From: Planctomycetota bacterium
GTDB taxonomy: Bacteria > Planctomycetota > PLA2 > JAEUHO01
Direction: 5' to 3'
DNA length: 64,000 bases
Assembly (NCBI GenBank): GCA_050248855.1
Contig: JBFWRP010000025.1
Span: forward strand, 1 to 64,000
The notes beneath the pieces are model-generated. The model made no database searches and was not told the origin of the DNA. It saw only the letters and a program-made list of their open reading frames with translations. A program made the position numbers and the translations under genes. This document shows, one piece after another, positions 28,308 through 39,170 of this stretch (the stretch's first letter is position 1; each line of letters opens with the position of its first letter).

Positions 28308-29372
28308 TCACTCGTACGTACGACGGCGCGGGGGGCCGTCACTGCCCGGCCGACGCGGCGACTGGGGTCGACGAACACCCAGCCCCCCGGGTCGCGGCGG
28401 GCGCTCGCCCGTACCGGCGAACCGTACGCGCGGGCCCTTCGGGCGCGCCCCGCCTCCGGACGGCCGCTGCCCGTTGGGTGCGCCACCGTGCCCACCGCCA
28501 TGGCCACGTCCGCCGCCTTGCACGGGGCGCCGGCCGCCGGGACGCGGCTTGTGGCTGCGCTGGCGCGGAAGCTCGGCGTCCCACAGCTCCTTGTTGGCCA
28601 GGTAGAGCCTTTCGGCGTCGTACGCGAAGGACAGGTCCTTCTCGGTGAGCTTGCGGAAGTGCCCCTCGGCGAGGTCCCCGAGCTCGATCGGACCGAGGCT
28701 CGTGCGCACCAGGCGCTTCACCTTGAGGCCCACCTTCGCGAAGGTCCGGCGGATCTCGCGGTTGCGGCCCTCGAAGAGGGTCACGGACAGCGACGTCTCG
28801 TCGCGCCGTGCGTCGTAGCCGATCGGCACGACCTTGGCCGGCGAGGCCTTGCCCTCGGCCAGCCACACACCGGCCTCGAGCTTGGTGGCCAGGCGGCGGT
28901 CCACGCGACCGCGCACCACCACCTGGTAGAGCTTCTCGATGCGGTAGCGCGGATGGCAGATCAGGTTGGCGATGTCGCCGTCGTTGGTGAGCAGGATGAG
29001 GCCGCGGCTGTCCGCGTCCAAACGCCCCACCGTGTAGATCCGGTGGCGGGGATCGCGCACCAGGTCGACGACCCGCGGCCGCCCGCGCTCGTCGCTGTTC
29101 GTGCAGATGTAGCCGGCCGGCTTGTTGAGCAGGTAGTAGACCCGCTCCTGGGCCTTGACGGGCTCGCCGTCGAACAGCACGCGGTCCTTCACGGGGTCGA
29201 TCTTGGTCCCCAGCTTGGTGACGACCTTGCCGTTGACCGACACGCGACCCTGCTCGATGAACGTCTCGCACTCGCGCCGGGAACCGGCACCGGAGCTGGC
29301 GAGAAACTTGTGGAGGCGCTCGCCGGACGACGAAGCCTTCCCCTGGGACTCGGAACGACGCGAGCTAGTCAT
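28308..29372 (-). CDS. rluB: 23S rRNA pseudouridine synthase (RluB/RsuA family) with Arg/Gly-rich tail
   Basis: S4 domain ERLHKFLA...SRR, NKPAG, VGRLDADSRGLILLTNDG and EGRNREIRR. Confidence 0.88.
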   Translation of the reverse strand: MTSSRRSESQGKASSSGERLHKFLASSGAGSRRECETFIEQGRVSVNGKVVTKLGTKIDPVKDRVLFDGEPVKAQERVYYLLNKPAGYICTNSDERGRPRVVDLVRDPRHRIYTVGRLDADSRGLILLTNDGDIANLICHPRYRIEKLYQVVVRGRVDRRLATKLEAGVWLAEGKASPAKVVPIGYDARRDETSLSVTLFEGRNREIRRTFAKVGLKVKRLVRTSLGPIELGDLAEGHFRKLTEKDLSFAYDAERLYLANKELWDAELPRQRSHKPRPGGRRPVQGGGRGHGGGHGGAPNGQRPSGGGARPKGPRVRFAGTGERPPRPGGLGVRRPQSPRRPGSDGPPRRRTYE

Positions 29373-29486
29373 GGCGCACCCCCGGCGCATCCCTCTTCGT
29401 CCGTTTCCCGCCGCGTACGCTACCGCCACGGCATGCGCGTGGCGCTTCGGGGTGGAGCGTTTGCACGCGATGCACTGTCCGCGGGC

Positions 29487-30404
29487 TCACGAAGCGCTGG
29501 CGAGCACGCACCAATCGACCGCTTCGATGGTGACGGACGGCCCAGGCAACACGATCGCCCGGGCCCGCTCCACGGCCACCGTACCGCCGTCGGTCGTGGC
29601 CCGGGCCCGGCCCAGCGGCACCAGCACGCGCGCCGCTCGCGACGGCGGCAAACGGGTGGCGCCCGGTGTGACCAGGTCGATGCGGAAGCGCCTGCCGGCA
29701 ACCGTGCGCCCCCCGTCCACCACGCGCGCGGGCTCCCGGGGACCGCGCCGCAGGACGGGGGCCGCCTCTGCCGTGTGAAGAGCACGCGGGAGGCCGTCCA
29801 GCCCGACGCGCCCGTGGTCGTACAAGCGCCACGTCACGTCCACGGGGTTCTGCACTTCGACCAGCAGCGAGCCGCCGAGGATGGCATGCACGGTGCCTGG
29901 CGGAACGTGGACCGCGGTCGGGGGCGTCGTGCCGCCTGCCCTGCGCAGGGGAACCCGGCGCATGCGTTCGAGCAGGGCGGCGCCGTTCCCGACGTCGTCG
30001 AGTGCGCCGTCCAGAAGCGCGACCTCGCCCCCGTCGGCCAGCGCCACCCACGCCTCCTCCTTGACGGCGGCGTCACCGCGCTCGCTCGCGGCCTGCTCGT
30101 CCGGATGGAGCTGCACCGACAGGTCCTCGCGCGCGTCGAGCACCTTGACCAAGAGGGGATAGGGCGAGCCCCAGACCTCGCCGAGCGTGCGCCCCGCATG
30201 GGGGCCCGTCTGGACGCGCGAACGGTGCTCGGGAAGGTCGGCCACTTCCCAGGACTCGCCCACGGGGCCGTCGGGCAGTCCGCGGCGTCCGAGCTCGTCG
30301 GCGAGGCGGCGCCCGCCCCACGGCTTCTCGAAGTAGGCCGGCTCGAGCAGCAGGGGCGCGTGGAAGGCGAGGCCGCCGCGGGACGCGGCCGGGGCGGGGC
30401 CCAT
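29487..30404 (-). CDS. manA: Class I mannose-6-phosphate isomerase
   Basis: KPWGG, GESW, PLLVKVLDA, LSVQLHP, PGTVHAI and EVQ...TWRLYD motifs. Confidence 0.82.
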   Translation of the reverse strand: MGPAPAASRGGLAFHAPLLLEPAYFEKPWGGRRLADELGRRGLPDGPVGESWEVADLPEHRSRVQTGPHAGRTLGEVWGSPYPLLVKVLDAREDLSVQLHPDEQAASERGDAAVKEEAWVALADGGEVALLDGALDDVGNGAALLERMRRVPLRRAGGTTPPTAVHVPPGTVHAILGGSLLVEVQNPVDVTWRLYDHGRVGLDGLPRALHTAEAAPVLRRGPREPARVVDGGRTVAGRRFRIDLVTPGATRLPPSRAARVLVPLGRARATTDGGTVAVERARAIVLPGPSVTIEAVDWCVLASAS

Positions 30405-30408
30405 CGCG

Positions 30409-31614
30409 CTACTTCACGCCGGCCAGACGCGACTCGCGCTGGGGCGGGATGTCGGGCGGGAGCTCGACACCGCGCTGCGCGGTGGGCGCAGGCGCGCTAC
30501 CCGCTGGCGGCTGCGGCACGGGCTCGGTACCTGGACCTCGCACCGTCGGCGCGGGCAGGCGGACGGGCGGCACCGGCGGCGCGCCCAGCCCGTCATCGGG
30601 GCGGAGCGGCGACCCGGGGAGCGGGTCCTCGAAGCCTGCGGGCGGCGCGGGGACGGGATCGTCGAAACCCGTCACGCCCGGGGCCCCCGGCCCCGGCCCC
30701 GGCGCCACGACCGAAGGCGGCGGCATCGTCCCGCCCGGCGCACCCGTGGGCGACCCGTCCGGGCTGCCCCACGCATCGCCCTGGCCGGACCCGGCCGCAG
30801 GCGTCGGATCGTCGAAGCCGAGCCCTGGCGCGGTGGAGCCCGAGCCAGGCTGCGGAACCGGCAAGCCGCCCTGCTCGGGATCGGGCAGACGTCCGCCGCC
30901 CACGATCGGCACGCCGCCCTCGACATCGGCGGCCTCGCGTGGATGGCCGAGCTGGCGGAGCACGGTCGCCAAGCGACGTCTCACCTGCATGTCGTAGACG
31001 GGCGGCAAGTCGGGGAAGCGCACCAACACGTTGCGGTAGCGCGAAGCGGCCAGCTGCAGGTTGCGCACGCCGGCGTTGCGCACGTGGTTGTCGCCGGCGA
31101 TCACGTCGCGCACGACGGCTTCGCCCATGCGGTGCCCCGTGGGGCGCCAGCCAAGCACCTCGAAGGCCGGGCGACCGTGGATGCGCGCGCGGATCCGTAC
31201 GGTGAGCTCGAGCCGCGTGAACACGCGGGACGCCAAGAGCTCACCGACCTCGGGATGCGTGCGCGAGACGTAGAAGAACGGATGGTCGCGCTCGAACGGC
31301 CCCGTGTCCCACACCGCGGCCCCGTCGGGCCACGCGCTGAAGTTGGCGAAGCGGCGCGCGTTGAAGATCGTCCGCATCGGGTCGTAGAGGTTGTCGCGGG
31401 CGTGGAACAGGACGATCGTGGTCAGCGTGCGGTCGCTGAAGTCCGCCGGCGAGGCGAGCACGTCGTCCAGACGCACGTTCTGCCCCTCGTCCAGGCCCCC
31501 CCACCAGCCGTCGTCCTCGCCCCGGACTTCGCGCATGCCCAGCAGGCCGGCCAGCGCCGCCACGACGACGCAGGTCAGGGTTCGCAAGCCCGTCGATCGC
31601 GCGCATCGAGGCAT
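30409..31614 (-). CDS. Hypothetical secreted protein with Pro/Gly-rich C-terminal tail
   Basis: Signal-like N-terminus, globular core and low-complexity tail with three GF(D/E)DP motifs. Confidence 0.65.
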   Translation of the reverse strand: MPRCARSTGLRTLTCVVVAALAGLLGMREVRGEDDGWWGGLDEGQNVRLDDVLASPADFSDRTLTTIVLFHARDNLYDPMRTIFNARRFANFSAWPDGAAVWDTGPFERDHPFFYVSRTHPEVGELLASRVFTRLELTVRIRARIHGRPAFEVLGWRPTGHRMGEAVVRDVIAGDNHVRNAGVRNLQLAASRYRNVLVRFPDLPPVYDMQVRRRLATVLRQLGHPREAADVEGGVPIVGGGRLPDPEQGGLPVPQPGSGSTAPGLGFDDPTPAAGSGQGDAWGSPDGSPTGAPGGTMPPPSVVAPGPGPGAPGVTGFDDPVPAPPAGFEDPLPGSPLRPDDGLGAPPVPPVRLPAPTVRGPGTEPVPQPPAGSAPAPTAQRGVELPPDIPPQRESRLAGVK

Positions 31615-31778
31615 GGCCAGCTCCTCCGGACCCCCCGGCCCTCGACGAGTTCCTCGTAGCCAGGGTAGCGCTGGCCACGCGGGTTGCCCGGATCCCGTGC
31701 GGGAACACGATCCAGGGGCTCCCGCCCGCGGCGGACGGGCCCCTTCCCAGGGCGCGCCCCCTCACGCCCGCGCGACGG

Positions 31779-32012
31779 TCATTCCGCGTCCGGGGACCGC
31801 TCCTTGACGCGCGCGCGAAGCAGGCGCTCGACACCGCGGGCGGCGGCTTCCTCCACGCAGTAGCTGCCGTCGAGGATGGCCTGACGCAGCTCCTCGAGTC
31901 GTTCGGGGCCGATCGGCATGAGGCGACCGTCGCGGCGGACGATGCGCACCCGCGTCGCAGGCGGCTCGGCCAGGGCGGGATCGGGGCGGGCGGTCGGCTT
32001 CACGAGGGCCAT
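31779..32012 (-). CDS. Small protein with FlgM (anti-sigma28)-like C-terminal motif
   Basis: ERLEELRQAILDGSY resembles the FlgM core (K/R)VxxL(K/R)xAIxxGxY. Confidence 0.5.
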   Translation of the reverse strand: MALVKPTARPDPALAEPPATRVRIVRRDGRLMPIGPERLEELRQAILDGSYCVEEAAARGVERLLRARVKERSPDAE

Positions 32013-32102
32013 CCTACGCAGCGGGGCGGACGGATGCCGGGCCGCGGGTGGGCCCCGGGCGCGGCAGACGGCAACCGGCCGGGCCGGCGCCACCGTCTCC
32101 GT

Positions 32103-32693
32103 TCAGGATCGGCCATCCCCCGCGGCGCCTTGACGTTCACCGTCGCCGGTCTCCGCACCGGGCGCCCCCCGCAGGATCTCGTACGCCGTGGAGGCCACCT
32201 CCACGCGTCGCACCACCTCGAACCCGGGGCGCTGCCAGGGTCCCGCGCGCACGGGTCGCTTGACCACGAGGACGCCGCCCTCGGCCAGTACGCGGCGCAC
32301 GGCCTCGAGTCCAGCGGCCACGCGTGGATCGCGCTCCCAGGCCTCGTACGGCGGATCCAGGAACACGAGGTCGAAGGGCCCCCCACGGGCCCCGCGGGTC
32401 CACTCCCCACGGACGACGCGGGCCTCGTCGGACGCGCCGGCGTCCACCAGCCACGCCTCGATCGCGGCGGCCGCGCGAAGGTCGCGCTCCACGAAGGTGA
32501 CGTGGGCCGCCCCGCGCGAGAGGGCTTCCAGGCCGAACCCGCCCACGCCCGCGCAGAGATCCAGCACGCGGGCCTCCGGGATCCGCGGCATCAACACGCC
32601 GAAGAGGCTGGTCTTCAGCCGGGCCGGCACGGGCCGGGCCCCGCGTGGGCTCGGCAGGCGCCGGCCCTTGAAGCGACCCGCTTGGATGCGCAT
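32103..32693 (-). CDS. rsmD: 16S rRNA m2G966 methyltransferase
   Basis: MRIQAGRFKGRRL, LDLCAGVG...EALSRGA and FDLVFLDPPY motifs. Confidence 0.88.
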   Translation of the reverse strand: MRIQAGRFKGRRLPSPRGARPVPARLKTSLFGVLMPRIPEARVLDLCAGVGGFGLEALSRGAAHVTFVERDLRAAAAIEAWLVDAGASDEARVVRGEWTRGARGGPFDLVFLDPPYEAWERDPRVAAGLEAVRRVLAEGGVLVVKRPVRAGPWQRPGFEVVRRVEVASTAYEILRGAPGAETGDGERQGAAGDGRS

Positions 32694-32747
32694 GACCTCC
32701 CGACCCATCGGCACGGCGGACACGCCCCGGCCCGTATCCTCCCCATC

Positions 32748-33503
32748 ATGATCCGGCTCGGCGTGAACATCGACCACGTGGCGACGCTTCGGCAGGCCCG
32801 GCAGGGCCGCGTGCCCGAGCTGGTCGCCGCGGCCCATGCCGCCAACCTCGGCGGCGCGGATGCGATCACGGTGCACCTGCGCGAGGACCGCCGTCACATC
32901 CAGGACGAGGACGTCGAGCTGCTCCTGCGCGCCGGCTCGCTGCCCGTCAACCTGGAGATCGCGGCCACGGACGAGATGGTCGCGATCGCCCGACGCTTCA
33001 AGCCGTCCAGCGTCTGCCTGGTGCCGGAGAAGCGGCAGGAGCTCACGACGGAGGGGGGCCTCGACGTCCGGGGCAACGCCGAGGCCCTGTCGTCGGCCAT
33101 CGCCGCGCTGCGCGGGGACGGCATCGACGTGTCGCTCTTCGTCGACCCGGACGAGGCCAGCCTGCTGGCCGTCGGGGAGGTCGGCGCCGACGCGGTCGAG
33201 CTGCACACGGGCGCCTACGCCAACGCGCGCGGCCCCGGCGACGTGCTGCGCACGTGGATGGCGCTGCGCGACGCCTCGCGCATGGCCAAGGAGCTCGGCT
33301 ATCGCGTGCATGCGGGCCACGGCCTCGACACGCGCAACGTCGGTCGCGTGGCCGCCCTGCCCGAGGTCGAGGAGCTCAACATCGGCTTCGCGATCGTGGC
33401 CCGCGCCGTGTTCGTCGGCTTGACGGCGGCCGTGCGCGAAATGCGTGACGCGATCGACCGCGGGCGCGAGACGGCCGAGCGCGAACGGGGAGCCTCCGCG
33501 TGA
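32748..33503 (+). CDS. pdxJ: Pyridoxine 5'-phosphate synthase
   Basis: LGVNIDHVATLRQAR, HLREDRRHI, TTEGG, ELHTG, HAGHGL and ELNIG motifs. Confidence 0.95.
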   Translation: MIRLGVNIDHVATLRQARQGRVPELVAAAHAANLGGADAITVHLREDRRHIQDEDVELLLRAGSLPVNLEIAATDEMVAIARRFKPSSVCLVPEKRQELTTEGGLDVRGNAEALSSAIAALRGDGIDVSLFVDPDEASLLAVGEVGADAVELHTGAYANARGPGDVLRTWMALRDASRMAKELGYRVHAGHGLDTRNVGRVAALPEVEELNIGFAIVARAVFVGLTAAVREMRDAIDRGRETAERERGASA

Positions 33504-34387
33504 AGATGCGCGTTCCTGCCCTGGCCGGCGTGGGCACGGCGCTCGTGACGCCGTTCCACGGTGCCGCCGTGGATCACGAGGCCCTGACCAAGCTCGTTCG
33601 CGCGCAGCTGGCCGTGGGCGTGGACTTCCTGGTCCCGTGCGGCACGACGGGCGAGAGCCCGACGCTCACGGACGACGAACGCATCGCCGTGATCCGCACG
33701 GTCGTCGAGACCGTCGGCGGCAAGGTTCCGGTCGTGGCCGGTACCGGAACCAACGACACGCACCACTCGGTCGCGATGACGAAGGCCGCGAAGGAAGCTG
33801 GCGCCGACGCCTGCTTGGCCGTGGCGCCCTACTACAACCGCCCCACGCAGGAGGGCATCTACCGCCACGTGCGCGCGATGATCGAAGAAGGCGGCCTGCC
33901 GGCCGTTCTCTACCACATCCCGGGCCGCTGCGGAGTCGGCATCGACGTCGCGACGATCGAGCGGCTCGTGGAGGCGGGCGGCATCGCGGGCCTGAAGGAG
34001 ACCGAGCAGGTCGGTCGCGTCACCGCGATCCGCGAGGCGTGCGACGTGCCGGTCCTCTCGGGCGATGACGGCCTCACGTTGCCGATGATGGCACTGGGGG
34101 CCGTCGGCGTGGTCAGCGTCGCGAGCAACGTCGTGCCGGGCGACGTCCGACGCATGGTGCAGGCGATGGCGCGCCACGACCTGCCGCGCGCCCTCGAAGT
34201 CCACACGCGCCTGTCGCCGATCTTCCGCGCGCTCTTCGTCGAGCCCAACCCGATCCCCGTGAAGGCGGCGCTGCAGATGGCGGACACGATTCCCTCCGAC
34301 GCCGTGCGCCTGCCCCTCGTGGCGGCCTCGCCGACCACGCGGCGCATCGTGCGCGAAGCGCTCACCGCCCTCGGCCAGCTGTCGTAG
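33500..34387 (+). CDS. dapA: 4-hydroxy-tetrahydrodipicolinate synthase
   Basis: TALVTPF, GTTGESPTL, PYYNRP, LYHIPGR, LSGDD and NPIPVK motifs. Confidence 0.93.
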   Translation: MKMRVPALAGVGTALVTPFHGAAVDHEALTKLVRAQLAVGVDFLVPCGTTGESPTLTDDERIAVIRTVVETVGGKVPVVAGTGTNDTHHSVAMTKAAKEAGADACLAVAPYYNRPTQEGIYRHVRAMIEEGGLPAVLYHIPGRCGVGIDVATIERLVEAGGIAGLKETEQVGRVTAIREACDVPVLSGDDGLTLPMMALGAVGVVSVASNVVPGDVRRMVQAMARHDLPRALEVHTRLSPIFRALFVEPNPIPVKAALQMADTIPSDAVRLPLVAASPTTRRIVREALTALGQLS

Positions 34388-34463
34388 GGCGGCACCCCAC
34401 GCATCCGGGCTCCGGCGCCCCGCAGGCACCCTGGACTCCGCCCCTGTCCCACCCCCCCGGACG

Positions 34464-35213
34464 ATGGAGGGGATGTGCGAGCGAATCCCCCTGTCGGCCG
34501 TACCCCCCGCTCGGGGTGAGCTGCGCTTCGAGCGCCGCGCCGTGCTGGCCGTCGCGGGCGGCATGCTGCTCGGCGCCTGCACTGCGCCACGCGCGCGACG
34601 CTTGCTGCACCGCGGGCCGATGCACGCGGCCGCTCCCGGGCCGCCCGTGGCGGCGGCCGCTCCGCCCGCGCCGCCCACGGCGCGGACGCCTCGCGCCACT
34701 CCGCTCGAGATCGTCCCTCGCAGCGCGTGGGGTGCCGAGCCGTTGCGCGACGACCACGACCCGATGGCGAACATCCGTCGGCTGACGCTGCACCACACCG
34801 ATGCCCTCGACGACCTCGGCGGGATGACCCAACGCGACGACGCCGAGCTGATGCGCGTCATCCAGCGCTTCCACCAGGACACGCGCGGCTGGGCCGACAT
34901 CGGCTACCACTTCGTGATCGGCCGCGATGGCAAGGTCTACGAAGGACGCTCGCTGGCGGTGCAGGGCGCGCACGCCGGCGGTGGCAACAACGTCGAGAAC
35001 CTCGGCATCAGCGTGATGGGCAACTTCGAGCAGGACCTGCCCACGGACGTCCAGATGGAAACGCTCAAGCGCTTCCTGGTCGCGGCCGCCGCGCGCTACC
35101 GCCTGGCGCCCGACACCTTGTTCGGCCACCGCGACTTCAAGCCCACGGCCTGCCCCGGCGACGCCCTCTACGCCTGGCTCACCACCTTCAAGGCCACGAC
35201 CGCCCGGGCGTAG
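34464..35213 (+). CDS. N-acetylmuramoyl-L-alanine amidase (amidase_2/PGRP-like), exported
   Basis: PRSAWGA, LHHT, GWADIGYHF, GAHA and GHRDFKPTACPG; RR...LGAC leader. Confidence 0.88.
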   Translation: MEGMCERIPLSAVPPARGELRFERRAVLAVAGGMLLGACTAPRARRLLHRGPMHAAAPGPPVAAAAPPAPPTARTPRATPLEIVPRSAWGAEPLRDDHDPMANIRRLTLHHTDALDDLGGMTQRDDAELMRVIQRFHQDTRGWADIGYHFVIGRDGKVYEGRSLAVQGAHAGGGNNVENLGISVMGNFEQDLPTDVQMETLKRFLVAAAARYRLAPDTLFGHRDFKPTACPGDALYAWLTTFKATTARA

Positions 35214-35242
35214 GCGCAGAGAAGTACGAAGTCGGGTGGGAA

Positions 35243-35340
35243 GTACGGAGTCGGGTGAGATTCCACCCTCGGGCCGCAACGCTTGCACCCATGGGGCAGC
35301 ACCTGGCAGCCCGAGGGTGGAATCTCACCCGACTCCGTAC
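35243..35340. repeat. Repeat family B: 98-bp element with perfect 32-bp terminal inverted repeats
   Basis: gtacggagtcgggtgagattccaccctcgggc (35243-35274) / gcccgagggtggaatctcacccgactccgtac (35309-35340); extra half-arms at ~35224-35240 and ~35371-35385. Confidence 0.9.
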
Positions 35341-35581
35341 GTGAGCCACTGCCGTTCGGAGGGTCAATCGCACCCGACTCCGTACCAGGCACGCCCCTCC
35401 CGCCTTGCCATCGCGGCATGCCGTGATGGCACGCCGGGGCGCGGCAAGCCCGGATTCCGGGCCCCCAGCCGCACGGATCGGCCTCGCGCGACATCGGCAC
35501 ACCCTCTGCTCTGGGCCGGGCGTTCCGCTTGGGTCCGGATCGAACGGACCTCGAGGCAAGGGCGGAAAGGAGATAGCGACG

Positions 35582-36022
35582 ATGACCACTTCCATGCGCC
35601 CCCGCTTCGTCGTCGGCTCGACGGCTTCTCCCTTCGAGCAGATGGAGCGGGCCCTGTCCGACTGGTTCGGCTGGGCACCCGAGAAGAACGGTGACTTCAC
35701 CCTCACGCCCGCGATGGACGTCCACGAGGACGACGAGCGGCTCACCGTGTCGATGGAGCTGCCGGGCATCGCGAAGGACCAGATCGAGGTGACGCTCGAG
35801 AACGGTGTCCTGACCGTGGCCGGCGAGAAGAAGCTCGAGCGCACCAAGGAAGGCAAGCGCTTCTACGCCGTCGAGCGTCGAAGCGGCTCCTTCCGCCGCT
35901 CGGTGACCCTTCCCACGGATGTGGACGTCGAGAAGGCCGACGCCTCTTTCGAGAACGGCGTGCTGACGATCCAGGTCCCGAAGACGGAGGCCGTCAAGCC
36001 GAAGCGTTTGGCGGTGTCCTGA
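35582..36022 (+). CDS. Small heat shock protein (Hsp20)
   Basis: PAMDVHE, ELPG, ERRSGSFRRSVTLP and ASFENGVLTIQVPK; GGAG RBS. Confidence 0.92.
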   Translation: MTTSMRPRFVVGSTASPFEQMERALSDWFGWAPEKNGDFTLTPAMDVHEDDERLTVSMELPGIAKDQIEVTLENGVLTVAGEKKLERTKEGKRFYAVERRSGSFRRSVTLPTDVDVEKADASFENGVLTIQVPKTEAVKPKRLAVS

Positions 36023-36125
36023 TGCGCGTGCCGACGGGCTCCGGCCCGTCGGCCCCCCAGCTTCCCTGGCGGCCCCGCTCGCCGTTTCCGGCGTGCGGGG
36101 CCGTGCTGCGATCCGCGGAGACGAC

Positions 36126-38747
<2,622 letters not shown>

Positions 38748-38797
38748 GAGACGCGCGCAGGTGCCTGGCTCGCGGCGGCGCTCGCCCACCCGCGGAC

Positions 38798-39155
38798 CGC
38801 GAGGCGCGCGGAGGTGTCTGAACCTGTGCCTCGGAGCGATAGCGACGGGGGCACGGTGTCAGACACCGAAGTGCGACGTTCGCTGGCCATCGAACCGCGC
38901 CCCCTCCGTGTCAGGCACCTTGCCCACGTTGCCGCCGTGCGGCGCCGCGGCAAGGGTCCTGACACATGCGGGGTCGCGCGAGGCGCGCGGAGGTGTCTGA
39001 ACCTGTGCCTCGGAGCGATAGCGACGGGGGCACGGTGTCAGACACCGAAGTGCGACGTTCGCTGGCCGTCGTACCGCGCCCCCTCCGTGTCAGGCACCTT
39101 GCCCGCGTTGCCGCGGTGCGGCGCCGCGGCAAGGGTCCTGACACATCCGGGGTCG
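38798..39155. repeat. Repeat family A: two tandem 179-bp units, each with two hairpins
   Basis: Units 38798-38976 and 38977-39155 differ at about 5 positions; internal IRs GGTGTCTGA/TCAGACACC and GTGTCAGG...CTTGCC/GGCAAG...CCTGACAC. Confidence 0.92.
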
Positions 39156-39170
39156 CGGCATCACCCGCGG

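Noticed and set aside
24031..28605. 1524-aa plus-strand ORF
   Set aside because: Antisense shadow of the cytochrome fusion, greA, tRNA-Arg and rluB; typical of high-GC codon bias, with no motifs
36030..36053. Hairpin between hsp20 and clpB as an intrinsic terminator
   Set aside because: 10-bp stem but no U-tract, and the genes are co-oriented; more likely an mRNA-stabilising hairpin
38798..39155. Possible CRISPR array or coding repeat ORFs
   Set aside because: Only two long near-identical units, no unique spacers and no cas genes; the ORFs simply translate the repeat
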